The notes under the pieces are model-generated. The model did no database searches, was not told the DNA's origin, and worked only from the letters and a program-made list of their open reading frames with translations. DNA of 64,000 bases from a virus (Duplodnaviria > Heunggongvirae > Uroviricota > Caudoviricetes): IMG/VR virus record IMGVR_UViG_3300033070_001123; one strand, written 5' to 3'. How positions within the stretch are numbered: position 1 is the first letter of the stretch; each line of letters opens with the position of its first letter. The position numbers were made by a program, and so were the translations under genes. Below, piece after piece: positions 37,514 through 47,034 of this stretch.

Positions 37514-38082
37514 TTATAGTAGGCTTCGATTTTTCACAAAGAACCAAGAGGGCCAAGGTTCCTTTGTCGTTTGGATTTTCGTGTCAACTCTTTTAGCGAA
37601 CTCGTCAACGGCCTGCTTTACCCCAAAATTTCCATGAACAGGTATTTCACCGTTCAAGTAATCATGACCAGAGACTAGACCCCCATATCGAACCTTTGTA
37701 TACCAGGCCTCGATATCTTGTTTAACATATTCGTATTTGTGGTTTGCGTTTATGTAGACAAAATCAAGAGACTCGTCATCAAAAGCAGAAGCCGCAATCG
37801 TAGACATTTCTCGTATAATAAAAAACCTGTCACCAAACTTCTTTAGTCGCTTTTTCGTCTCTTTCAAATGCTCTTCTTGTTTTGCGGAACATTTGAAGCG
37901 TCATTATAAACTTCTTTTTCCTGCTCTTCCCAGCAATCAATACAGAACAGTTTTTGTCCTTTCCATTTCGAAAGGATAAGCTCAGAAAAGACTCCCCGCT
38001 TTACGCCTACTTCTGCTCCTTGTCTAACAAGATGCAGACTGTTAAGGTAGTCTCCGAAATTTGATCTATATTTGAGTATCAT
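37514..38082 (-). pseudogene. Class I SAM-dependent methyltransferase (Methyltransf_24 / TylF-like) split into two ORFs (37864..38082 and 37514..37867) by a frameshift.
   Basis: The upstream ORF carries motif I (GAEVGVKRGVFSE) and beta-2 (LFCIDCWEE). The downstream ORF carries the C-terminal half (DFVYINANHKYEYV...GGLVSGHDY). The downstream ORF's first start candidate is a TTG. Homopolymer runs lie at the junction. Confidence 0.45.
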
Positions 38083-38876
38083 GAGCTATAGCTAGTGTAG
38101 TTCATTGGCTCGTCAAGATTCTCGTTATAGAAAAACCAGCCAATAAACTGTTCGCCGAAATAATCGGCAATTACAATTTTGACATGAGTTGTTGCAAATC
38201 CAATTTCAGGACAACTTTTGTTGTTGTATTTCTCTTCGCAAACATCCTGCTTGAAAATGCTATTTATGATAGAGTCATAGAATATATCGCTATTTTGCCA
38301 ACCAGCAGCTTTGGCTTGTTCAAAAGAGGTCTTTTTGGTCTTCTTCAAGACTCTTTCAACCATTTTTGGAGCAGAGCGAAGTATGAGAGGTTGGCTAATA
38401 ACCTTACCTCTGACTTTGCATCGAATATTTGCATAAGTCAAACGAAACAATTCTGAATGCTCTTCTTTTTCAGGAAGTAGAAGAACTCCGCTATCAATGA
38501 GGTGAATACCAACCTTCTTGCCATTGATAGTTTTTGGCGTTAGTTCGCTTATCCTTTCTTGTAAACCATCTGGTAAAGACTTGAACGATTTCATATGACC
38601 TCTTTCCTGGTCTTCTTGGAACTTGACCTCTATCTTGTCTTTGAATTTTCTTCTTATATTCTTCATGAATCGTTCAGCATCTTCCTTCGATTCAAAGCAG
38701 TAATCGCAAGAGGTTGTGTTCCAGCTATAAAAGTCGCCTTTGTTCTTTTTTGCTTCCTGGTCTATTTTATCAAATGGAGGACTGAGAGGAAACCCGTCTC
38801 CATGAAGCATCTGCTCCATAGATTCTTCGGCTCCTTGCGCCAATGAAACCGTTACGCTGAACTTACAATTAGACAT
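38079..38876 (-). CDS. Hypothetical protein (265 aa).
   Basis: ORF with a 4-nt overlap to the downstream gene. Confidence 0.45.
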   Translation of the reverse strand: MSNCKFSVTVSLAQGAEESMEQMLHGDGFPLSPPFDKIDQEAKKNKGDFYSWNTTSCDYCFESKEDAERFMKNIRRKFKDKIEVKFQEDQERGHMKSFKSLPDGLQERISELTPKTINGKKVGIHLIDSGVLLLPEKEEHSELFRLTYANIRCKVRGKVISQPLILRSAPKMVERVLKKTKKTSFEQAKAAGWQNSDIFYDSIINSIFKQDVCEEKYNNKSCPEIGFATTHVKIVIADYFGEQFIGWFFYNENLDEPMNYTSYSS

Positions 38877-38937
38877 TCGGCTAGGACTCCAAAAAGTTCC
38901 TAGGACTCATCGGAAATCCACTAGCCACTTTTTAAGG

Positions 38938-41900
38938 TTACACAGAACCTGCCAAGATCGTTCGGTCATACCAAGTGGAAGCTTGGCGAGGATTCTCTTC
39001 GTCGTCGTTGCCTTCAACTTCTCTTTCGAGAACAGCGTCATTGAAGTCAATAGCAATCTGCCCGAAGTCGTTATCTTTTCCACCAAACTCGATACCGTTT
39101 TCTGCGAACATTTCGTTCAGGTCTTTTCCAAGCTGTACGTCGGCTTCCATATCAGCCGCTCTTGCCTTTGCAATCTCTGCCTGGATTTTGGCGTCATTGA
39201 GGCCGTTGAGAATGTACTCTTCGGCTTCAGAGTCAAGATTTTGAATGATCTGAGCAATCTTGATCTTGCTTCTTACGAACTTATAGAAAACCTCGTCAGG
39301 ACTCAATCTTCCGTCAGGGCCTTTAACAACCATATACTTCGTGTTTACGGGCATAACATTAGTGATTCTGAAAGCTCGGCCTTCCGTTTGCTCTGCGATG
39401 TATGGAGACCAGTCAAAGTCGTTCATGATTACATTTTGCGTAGAGTTTTCCAAGCTAACGCCTGTACCACCCTTCTTTGCAGCAATAACCATAGCTCTTG
39501 CAGGGTTTTCTGGGTCTTTGAACTGAGCAACAGCGTTCATAATTGCAGCACCATTGTCGTCTCCCATGATGCGAACAACTTCAAAATCAGGATCTTGAGC
39601 TTTTAGATGAGCGTCAAGACCAGCATACAAAGACTGACAGCAAGTTCTGAAGTTAGAGAAAACAAGAACCTTCTCTCCTCTGTCAAGAATTTCTTTTGCA
39701 AGAGCCATTGTATGAGGAACTTTCATTTGCGCAATAAGAACTCTTTGCTTCGTGAGAACAGCAAGAGCAGCGCCAGCGTTTCCGCCATACTGAGCTTTTA
39801 TGTTTTCGAAATCTCTAGCAAAGGCTCTTATATCAAAATCTTCTTCAGAAATATACTGTTCGTCAATAACGTGTTCTGGAAGATTTGGATTGATAGCCTT
39901 TTGAGAACGGCTTAGATAGGCTCCAGAAAGGGTTAGCCATTTCCTAAGATTATAAGCTTTCTCTTCTTGTAGAGCCAAAATTTCTCTAGCCTTGATTGGA
40001 TCTGCAAAATCTTTAATTGTTGACTTTCTTCCAACGAATTCTTTATTGAAGTCTCTTGTTGAAATCTCGCCAAGAGTGTGACCAACAATGCTTAGGATGT
40101 TATGAACGTCAATTGCTGTATTAGCTGCTGAAGTTGCAGAAGCACCCCACTTAAATGGAACTCTTGGAGCAATCAAAGCCATAATCTGAGAAGCTCCGCT
40201 TGTTTCATTTTTGATCAAATGAGCTTCGTCAAGAATAAGGGCAGTAAACTGCGTATTGAAAATTCCGTCAATAATCTGTTGCTTAGATCTCCAACGAGGC
40301 TTGAGAACAGGAGAACCGTTTGGTTGAAGGATAACGCCTGCATTGTTCTTTTCTGGAGCAGCAGAAATATTGGGATAGGTTATGATTGTCCACTTCTTAT
40401 TGTCGCCAGGATTAAAGCTTATGTTAGCAGGATCTTCTCCAAGTTTGTTTTGAATTTCATTAGCCCATTGTATTTGAGTTGTCTTAAGAGTAATGATGAG
40501 ACATCTTCCGCCTGACTGCTTAAGTCTCATAGCAGCAGCAACAAGAGTTGTTAGCGTTTTACCAGTTCCTGTTTTGTCGCCAAGAATTGCGTTGCCTCTT
40601 TCATAGAGCCATCTTACGCCGTCCTTTTGTTTATCAAAAAGCTTTGCCCTGTCGCCTGTTATTTCTTCTACGTCTTTGTAGAATCTTTCATAATCAAACT
40701 GAGGATTACCCTTAGCGTCTCTTAGTTGACGACCATTTTCATCCTTAACTTCGTAACCGTCGAGTTCTCCAGAGTATCTTGTTCTTTCGAGAGCCTTTGA
40801 TCTCAAAAGACCGCTTAGTACGGCTCTTAGATTCGTTACGTCCCAGCCTCTGCTTTTAATTAGCGCTCCAAAGCGGAAGAAGTCGTCAAAAGAACCATAG
40901 ACATACCATTTGTTTTGTTGGTCAAGTCTCATACCGGAAGGCTCCCATCTTCCGTTAGGAAGTTGTTTTGGAACCTTTGCGTGATAGTTTTCTGGAGCCG
41001 GGTCTAGTCTAAGATCGGTAAGATCGCCTTTGCTTGGGAAAGAGAACTTAACATAGTCTTCCATTTCCTGAATAAGCTGAGGAGTTCTTGGGAAATTGAT
41101 AGACACAAGAAACTTAGTATTTCTCGTTGCGTCCTGAACAATAAGAGTCTTAAGTGGGTCTTTGAGGTTTTCTTTGTTCTTCTCAAGCTCGTCTTTGTAT
41201 TCTTTGATTGCAGCGTCAAGCTCGGCTGTGTCAAAGCCTTTTTGTCTCATAAACTCAGACATAGATTCGAGTCTTGAGGGAAGAATTGGAGGGTCGCCTC
41301 TAAGGTCAAATCTCCAAGCAACATAAGCAGGATCCCAGCGGCCTCCTATTTTGTTGTTTACAATGAAGTTTCTAATATCATTGTTTCTTTCGAACTTTAC
41401 AATCAAAGTTTGCCAGCCTTCAGGCTTTGAAACTTGAACTTTATTTTTCTGTTCAACAGGTTGCTGCTGTTGCTCAGCAGGAACGGCTGGATCGTTTTGT
41501 TTTTCGTATCTTTGTATTTGAGCCGTATCAAAACCCATTTCTGATAGTTTATCAAGAATCTGAGTAAAGAACGGACCTTCTGTTGTTCCAATATTAAAGA
41601 ACGGACCTTCCATATCCTTTGTTTTTGAGAACAACTTAAAGTCAGCAATTTGTAAGGCTCCCTTTTTCGCCTTATTGACCCATGTTGCCCAAGTTGGATA
41701 AGTTCCATTTGGCTTCTTTGTGCTTTGAATGTAAACTTTTGCAAGAGATTGCAAAGAGCTAAACTCGTCTTTGGTCATGCTTGGAGCCTGAACAACAATT
41801 GACATCCAACTACCAAAAGGAGCTTCTTTAACAAAGAGTAAAGGCCTGTTTCCGCCTCTTTGAGGACGAGCAGCAGGCGGTTGAGCGGGTGGCTGAGCAA

Positions 41901-42057
41901 CAGGTGGTTGAGCAGGAGGTTGTTCCACAGGAGCCGCAGCCTCTGGTTGAGGAGCAGGCTCTTGTTGCGGTTGAGCAACAGGTTGAGGTACGGGCGCAGG
42001 AGCCGCTGGCTCATTTACATTCTGCGCAATCTTTGTTATATCAAAATAGTTATTCAT
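38938..42057 (-). CDS. SNF2-family helicase / DNA-dependent ATPase (1039 aa) with a Pro/Gln-rich N-terminal region.
   Basis: Motif I GDKTGTGKT, motif II LILDEAHLIKN, and motifs V-VI GGTGVSLE...QTEGRAFRI. Three GFDTA(Q/E) short motifs occur in the N-terminal part. Confidence 0.8.
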   Translation of the reverse strand: MNNYFDITKIAQNVNEPAAPAPVPQPVAQPQQEPAPQPEAAAPVEQPPAQPPVAQPPAQPPAARPQRGGNRPLLFVKEAPFGSWMSIVVQAPSMTKDEFSSLQSLAKVYIQSTKKPNGTYPTWATWVNKAKKGALQIADFKLFSKTKDMEGPFFNIGTTEGPFFTQILDKLSEMGFDTAQIQRYEKQNDPAVPAEQQQQPVEQKNKVQVSKPEGWQTLIVKFERNNDIRNFIVNNKIGGRWDPAYVAWRFDLRGDPPILPSRLESMSEFMRQKGFDTAELDAAIKEYKDELEKNKENLKDPLKTLIVQDATRNTKFLVSINFPRTPQLIQEMEDYVKFSFPSKGDLTDLRLDPAPENYHAKVPKQLPNGRWEPSGMRLDQQNKWYVYGSFDDFFRFGALIKSRGWDVTNLRAVLSGLLRSKALERTRYSGELDGYEVKDENGRQLRDAKGNPQFDYERFYKDVEEITGDRAKLFDKQKDGVRWLYERGNAILGDKTGTGKTLTTLVAAAMRLKQSGGRCLIITLKTTQIQWANEIQNKLGEDPANISFNPGDNKKWTIITYPNISAAPEKNNAGVILQPNGSPVLKPRWRSKQQIIDGIFNTQFTALILDEAHLIKNETSGASQIMALIAPRVPFKWGASATSAANTAIDVHNILSIVGHTLGEISTRDFNKEFVGRKSTIKDFADPIKAREILALQEEKAYNLRKWLTLSGAYLSRSQKAINPNLPEHVIDEQYISEEDFDIRAFARDFENIKAQYGGNAGAALAVLTKQRVLIAQMKVPHTMALAKEILDRGEKVLVFSNFRTCCQSLYAGLDAHLKAQDPDFEVVRIMGDDNGAAIMNAVAQFKDPENPARAMVIAAKKGGTGVSLENSTQNVIMNDFDWSPYIAEQTEGRAFRITNVMPVNTKYMVVKGPDGRLSPDEVFYKFVRSKIKIAQIIQNLDSEAEEYILNGLNDAKIQAEIAKARAADMEADVQLGKDLNEMFAENGIEFGGKDNDFGQIAIDFNDAVLEREVEGNDDEENPRQASTWYDRTILAGSV

Positions 42058-42077
42058 TCAATCTCCAAGATTCATAT

Positions 42078-44870
42078 TCAATATGTCGTAGCCGCTTTCC
42101 TATACCATCCTTTAGAAGCATTCTTTTGCGGAAAATCCATTCCTGGATCTTGATTATCAACGTCTTCGACAACAGGAAAGTTGAAAGGAGTATTTCTCTT
42201 ATTACACATCTCGACAATCTCAGGGTCTTGAGCCGCAATGATATCAAGTTCGCTACAGTTTATGTAGTTTATCTTATCTCCTGGCATCGCCGTCCGCATA
42301 AGCCTCTTAACAACCTCTATATACTTTTGTTGAATGACAGGATTTTCTTTTAGAAACTCAGGTAATTTAGTAAACTCTTTAGCCAAAGCGTTCTGAAAGT
42401 TCATATTTGTTGAATAAACTCTTGATTGTATATACGCTTCAACAACCTGAGGATTCTCTTGAACTTGAGGAGGAAGAGTTAGATAAACAGAAGCTCTCCA
42501 TTTCATTGTTTTAAGAACCTGCTCAATACCTTGATCAAAGTTGCCAACCGCTGCTTGATAATCCTTATCTTGCAATAGTTTCTCGTCAACCTTGTCTTTA
42601 CCAACAAGCTTTTTCTTAAGAGGGTCATTTGCAAGAACCTGCTCTTTATACAATCTGTAAAGTTCAGGATCTTCTTTATAGCGAGGATCAAAACTTGGGA
42701 AGTTGTGTATATTCTTGATAAGAACTTTTCTCTTTGTAAGATTTACAAAGTTTTGGAATCCAGGCGTTTTTCTAGCCCAAAGAGGGGCTATTGCTGAAAA
42801 CTCAGAGTCCATATAAGAATCAAGAAGAACTGAAGTCTCTGTTTGTCGAGAATGAGGCTCTAAGTGAGCTTTACTTATCTTGTCAGCATACTTTTCAGCC
42901 ATTTCCTCAACATTAGCAGGATCTGCAAAAATTCTATCAATAACAGGTCTTGGAGTATCAATAGCTATATAGCCTTCTCTAACCGCAGCTTCAGCGCTTT
43001 GATTCTTAGCAACATTGATAGCTTGCTCAAAATCCCTGTCCGCATGAAGTTCTGGCAACAAATCTCCAATTACTTGTTGAAGAGCGTCATATTCAATCTT
43101 GGCGGTGGCAATTCTACCCTTTTGTTCTTTGGTTTTTCTGCTCGCGCTGAAAACATTTGCCTTCCAATAAAGACCTTCTTGATACTTTCTAAGAACAGCG
43201 TGCTTAAAGACTTCTTTACCTCTTGGGTAGTCTCTCCAGTGATTAGGAACCTTCTCAAGAACATTTCTAATACGGTCAGGGCTGTTTTCATAAAGAACCG
43301 TAAGTCTTCCATGAACATTTTCCATGAAAGCAGGATCTCTAAGAACAAACTCTGGCATGTTCTGAGCATTGGCGGCAACGTTCTCGGCCATCTGAAGAGC
43401 GTCGTTTCCTCCAAGATTTTGAACCTTCTTGAACCAACCTTCTTTACACGCAGTTTGAAGTCCCTCTAAAAGCTGAGGATACTGAGCAAACTTGTCGTTT
43501 TCTGTAACCCTGTTATAAAGAGCAGGATTGGTAAGAAGCATTTTTCTAAACTCTTCAATCTCTTCAAGATTTGGCGTACCGTCTTCATTGAAGAAGCTCT
43601 TATTGAGGTTTGCTTCCTTGAGGATTTGGTCCCAGTGGGTCTTTGCGTAAGAAGTAATCCTTGGTTCAAGGCCTTCTCTATAGATAATATCTGTAATCTC
43701 TCGCCAATAAGCTGTTGGGCAAGAACGACTTACGCCACCTGCGTAGCTTTGGTCTCCTGCGATTTCAACAATATCTTCGCCGCTAAAGCGAATACCAACA
43801 TTGGCTTTACCATTTTCAACTAATATCCAGAAATCGCCAGCGCTAAGATATCTTGGACCATTACTATTCTTGGTTGTACACCAAGCATTAGGAACAGAGA
43901 AGTTGTGGAGTATTTCAACGTTGTTTTGAAATACTTTTTCAGCGTCTATTGGCTTGCCGTCTTTGTCAATGCCTTCTTTTGTCTTATCTTTACTTGGAAG
44001 CTTGAGCCAACCAGTCTTATCAGCTTCATTATATCCTTGCTTAGCGACGGCAAGACTATGCTCAACAAGACTCTTCTCATAGTCTTTGAATATATCAATG
44101 TTACGAGAGTTGTTTTGATTTATAGCGTCCTGAACTTGCTCTGGCGGAAGATTTACTTCCTGAGCAATCTGGTCAACAGGCTTACCTTCTTTGGCAAGGG
44201 CTAAAACCTTCTTGAAAACATTCTCGTCTTTGATTGGACCGTTATATTTGAACTTTACATTCTTGACTTTTTGAAAGATTTGAGCAATAACAGGCGGAGA
44301 GGCAGACGGAGCAGGATTGATAGTCTTTGGACCCGAACTATCAAAGATAGAGTTCAAAAGAAGGTAAACGAAAGCAGGGCTGCTTGAATAATCAGGATGG
44401 TCTTTGACGTAGGTTATCCAGCCGTCGAATGCTTGTTTCTTAATGTTGTTGATAACGTCTACATAGAACTTTTCAGCGCCTTCTTTATCATACTTAGCCA
44501 TGTTGTAGGCATGCTCAAGTTCAGGGTTGAAAATGTTGTTTTGTCTAGCAAAGTTATAACCTGCCTCAACATCAAACTTCTTTATATAGTTACTATTTGG
44601 GTTATTCTGGTCTACTTTTGCAAAGACCTTTGGTAGTAAAACAACCTTGATAAAGTCATTGATATCGTCTTGATTTTCAATCGACTTTTGGATTTGAGCG
44701 GCTTCTCCAGCCTCGTTTTTGCTTTCGACAGTATAGCCGTTCCACTTGATCATACCCTCATAGCGCATGATAAGAAGTTGAAGGGCGGGGTCTGTAACTC
44801 CGTACTTCTGTATCTTTTCTTTTGGTCCTGCGACCTTTATCATTGACCTGATTATTCTATACCAACTCAT
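42078..44870 (-). CDS. Large hypothetical protein (about 930 aa). N-terminus is MSWYRIIRS.
   Basis: Long ORF. I chose the start at the ATG at 44870, which gives the MSWY N-terminus shared with other proteins in this region. Confidence 0.5.
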   Translation of the reverse strand: MSWYRIIRSMIKVAGPKEKIQKYGVTDPALQLLIMRYEGMIKWNGYTVESKNEAGEAAQIQKSIENQDDINDFIKVVLLPKVFAKVDQNNPNSNYIKKFDVEAGYNFARQNNIFNPELEHAYNMAKYDKEGAEKFYVDVINNIKKQAFDGWITYVKDHPDYSSSPAFVYLLLNSIFDSSGPKTINPAPSASPPVIAQIFQKVKNVKFKYNGPIKDENVFKKVLALAKEGKPVDQIAQEVNLPPEQVQDAINQNNSRNIDIFKDYEKSLVEHSLAVAKQGYNEADKTGWLKLPSKDKTKEGIDKDGKPIDAEKVFQNNVEILHNFSVPNAWCTTKNSNGPRYLSAGDFWILVENGKANVGIRFSGEDIVEIAGDQSYAGGVSRSCPTAYWREITDIIYREGLEPRITSYAKTHWDQILKEANLNKSFFNEDGTPNLEEIEEFRKMLLTNPALYNRVTENDKFAQYPQLLEGLQTACKEGWFKKVQNLGGNDALQMAENVAANAQNMPEFVLRDPAFMENVHGRLTVLYENSPDRIRNVLEKVPNHWRDYPRGKEVFKHAVLRKYQEGLYWKANVFSASRKTKEQKGRIATAKIEYDALQQVIGDLLPELHADRDFEQAINVAKNQSAEAAVREGYIAIDTPRPVIDRIFADPANVEEMAEKYADKISKAHLEPHSRQTETSVLLDSYMDSEFSAIAPLWARKTPGFQNFVNLTKRKVLIKNIHNFPSFDPRYKEDPELYRLYKEQVLANDPLKKKLVGKDKVDEKLLQDKDYQAAVGNFDQGIEQVLKTMKWRASVYLTLPPQVQENPQVVEAYIQSRVYSTNMNFQNALAKEFTKLPEFLKENPVIQQKYIEVVKRLMRTAMPGDKINYINCSELDIIAAQDPEIVEMCNKRNTPFNFPVVEDVDNQDPGMDFPQKNASKGWYRKAATTY

Positions 44871-44979
44871 TAGTTTTCCCAAAAGTTATAGTATCCCTGT
44901 CTATATTTCTGTAAAAATACCTTCTATCCTTCCTGAATTAGAGGACTCTCTACCTTTGAAATCGGCAAATTTTCGCGCA

Positions 44980-45019
44980 AAGAAAAACCGCCGGTCCAAC
45001 CCGAAGGTCAAACCGGCGG
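44980..45019 (-). terminator. Terminator hairpin: 8-bp stem ccgccggt/accggcgg with a 16-nt loop, followed on the minus strand by TTTTTCT.
   Basis: Read directly, downstream of the G+C-rich AAA gene. Confidence 0.45.
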
Positions 45020-45068
45020 CTGAGATAAGAAGAACGGATTATTCCGTCAACTTATGCGAGGTTGGTGA

Positions 45069-46685
45069 TTAGGACTTGACAACAGCGCCAATCGGAGGAG
45101 CCTTGACGCTGTTCAGGTTGAGGCCCATCTTCTTGACATCCTCAGCGCTCTTGAAGGGCTGACCAGTGCCGTCAGCGTTAGCGACCTGGAGGAACTTCAT
45201 GAGAGTCTCAGTAACGGCGAGGTCAGCAATCTGCTTGAGAACAGGAGGCAGGTTAGCGCCGCCCGTTGCAGCAATGCCGCGACCGATACCAGCGCCCAAG
45301 CAGGCGAGGCCGACTTCCATGACCGAAGGACCGTCGCCCGTCTTGGCCCCGTTGAGGAGGCGCATGTGAGGCTCCATGCCCTTCATGGCAATGATGAGGT
45401 CTTCGCTGGTGACCTGACCAGTGATATCGTTGGTGCGAGTGAGCGCCGAAATCTTGCTGCGCTCAACGCATTCGCGGATAGTCGCCGGAATCTGACCCGC
45501 CAAGAACTCGGCGGCAGGATTCAGGTCAGTACCGTCAGCGAGCAAGTCGCCGCCGTACTTCTGAATCAGACGCAGCGTTGCCTCGCGGTCGGGCGGCTCA
45601 ACAGGGATAACCGTGTCGATACGACCAGGACGGAGGAAGGCGCGGTTGATGTTCTCGGCGTGGTTGGTCGTCAAGATCGTGATGATCTCAGCGTCCTTGT
45701 AGTCAGCGCCGTCAATGGTGTTCAGCAACTCGTTCAACTGAGTGCTGCGAGGACCGTTAGTAGCAATGTCAACGTCCTCAGCAAAGATGACACAGGGCGA
45801 GTACAGCTTGGCGTACTTCAGAGCAATCGGCAGGTCTTCGACGTTCGAAACGTACATGAACGTCCAGCCGTTGTCTTCGCAAATCTTGGCCGTGGTGTAG
45901 GCGGTCAAGGTCTTGCCGCAGCCGTAAGGACCAGTGAGAAGAACGCCGCGCTTGAGGGGAATACCGAACTCGCGGAACGCGCCCGTCTTCTCAATCGCAG
46001 AGAACAGACCAGTCTGGATGAGGTCAGCAACTTCCTTGCCGAAAACAAGGTTGTCCTTACGAGCATTGGAAACGTCCAGGAAGGTCGGAGCGTCGTTCGT
46101 CGGGTGGAAATCGCGGCCTTCGCGCATCCAGGCGAACGAGACCTTGATGGCCTTGCCCTTGTAGATGCTCTTCTCGCGAAGGTTCTTCTCGGTACGAGCC
46201 GCAATGTTCTGTACCGACTTCTGGTACTTCTTGAGAATCGTACCGCCGATGATGAACTTCGGCTTGGTGTTGCCCTTGCCAGGAATGACGGTCGTAAGAA
46301 CGCTGTCCTTCAACTGAGGGAACGAAATGTTGCCCCAAGGAACCTGAGTCTTGGCGTTGTGACCAATCGGAACCGTCATCATGGTCGGAGGGGTCGGACC
46401 CCAGAAACCAGGAGTCGGAGTACCGATAGCAATACCGAACTCCTCAAGACAGGCGCGATTGAAGTTCACCAAGCCGTCGAGAGGGAAACACTCGATCTCA
46501 TGGTTGATAGACGTTTCGGCCTCTTCGTCAGCCTGAATGCCGAGAAGAGCGTCAATCGCCTCCTGAATCTCCATGTCGCGGGGGTCGCTGGGCAGAGTAA
46601 TCAACTTACCAGAACGCTCAACCTGAACGTCCTGAAAGGGATTCTCCTGAAGTTCCGTCTTCTTTGCTTTGGGAGTGATAGACAT
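45069..46685 (-). CDS. AAA+ ATPase (538 aa). A second copy of the same architecture as 16851..18194, but in a G+C-rich gene.
   Basis: Walker A GPYGCGKT, Walker B VIFAEDVDI, and second region of homology PGRIDTVI. About 57% G+C in a counted 60-nt sample, against about 38% elsewhere. The long antisense ORF 45366..46868 is the usual high-GC artefact. Confidence 0.75.
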   Translation of the reverse strand: MSITPKAKKTELQENPFQDVQVERSGKLITLPSDPRDMEIQEAIDALLGIQADEEAETSINHEIECFPLDGLVNFNRACLEEFGIAIGTPTPGFWGPTPPTMMTVPIGHNAKTQVPWGNISFPQLKDSVLTTVIPGKGNTKPKFIIGGTILKKYQKSVQNIAARTEKNLREKSIYKGKAIKVSFAWMREGRDFHPTNDAPTFLDVSNARKDNLVFGKEVADLIQTGLFSAIEKTGAFREFGIPLKRGVLLTGPYGCGKTLTAYTTAKICEDNGWTFMYVSNVEDLPIALKYAKLYSPCVIFAEDVDIATNGPRSTQLNELLNTIDGADYKDAEIITILTTNHAENINRAFLRPGRIDTVIPVEPPDREATLRLIQKYGGDLLADGTDLNPAAEFLAGQIPATIRECVERSKISALTRTNDITGQVTSEDLIIAMKGMEPHMRLLNGAKTGDGPSVMEVGLACLGAGIGRGIAATGGANLPPVLKQIADLAVTETLMKFLQVANADGTGQPFKSAEDVKKMGLNLNSVKAPPIGAVVKS

Positions 46686-46880
46686 ACGCTTCTTACCTCA
46701 TTTTTCTCCGCACAACGGCGGACTAGGAAACTGAAAGGGCCGATACCTTTCGACCCAACTGACAGAACAATAGCACCCCAAACAATGCGAAGAAAACTCT
46801 TGCATGTGGAAATACAGAGAATCTTTTCGCTTTTCGTGTCTTTGGAAGCATTCTCGCTTTTACTATAGGTGACGCTTGAG

Positions 46881-46919
46881 CCGCCAAAAGAGAACGCCCG
46901 ACCTTTTCAGGTACGGGCG
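46881..46919 (-). terminator. Candidate terminator: stem cgcccg/cgggcg with a 13-nt loop, followed on the minus strand by TTCTCTTTTGG.
   Basis: Read directly. It lies 116 nt downstream of the 1165-aa gene. Confidence 0.35.
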
Positions 46920-47034
46920 CTGAATATTTTCGCCGGTTTCTCTTTTCTCGCTTCTCCGATTACTCGGAAGGTGTAAAAAAACATCTCTGCCTTTTACAAG
47001 ACCGTACAGGTCTCGGTAGCCTGGATATAGAAAC

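Noticed and set aside
44883-45068. Possible tRNA-like or attachment-site structure around ccgccggtccaacccgaaggtcaaaccggcgg.
   Set aside because: It is a simple 8-bp hairpin with a 16-nt loop followed by a T-run on the minus strand. It has no cloverleaf and no conserved tRNA words, so I called it a terminator.
45366-46868. 500-aa plus-strand ORF antisense to the G+C-rich AAA+ ATPase gene, plus shorter antisense ORFs at 45905..46204 and 46057..46338.
   Set aside because: Arg/Ala/Gly-rich low-complexity translation with no motifs. Long antisense ORFs are the expected artefact of stop-codon-poor high-GC DNA. The minus-strand gene has clean AAA+ motifs.
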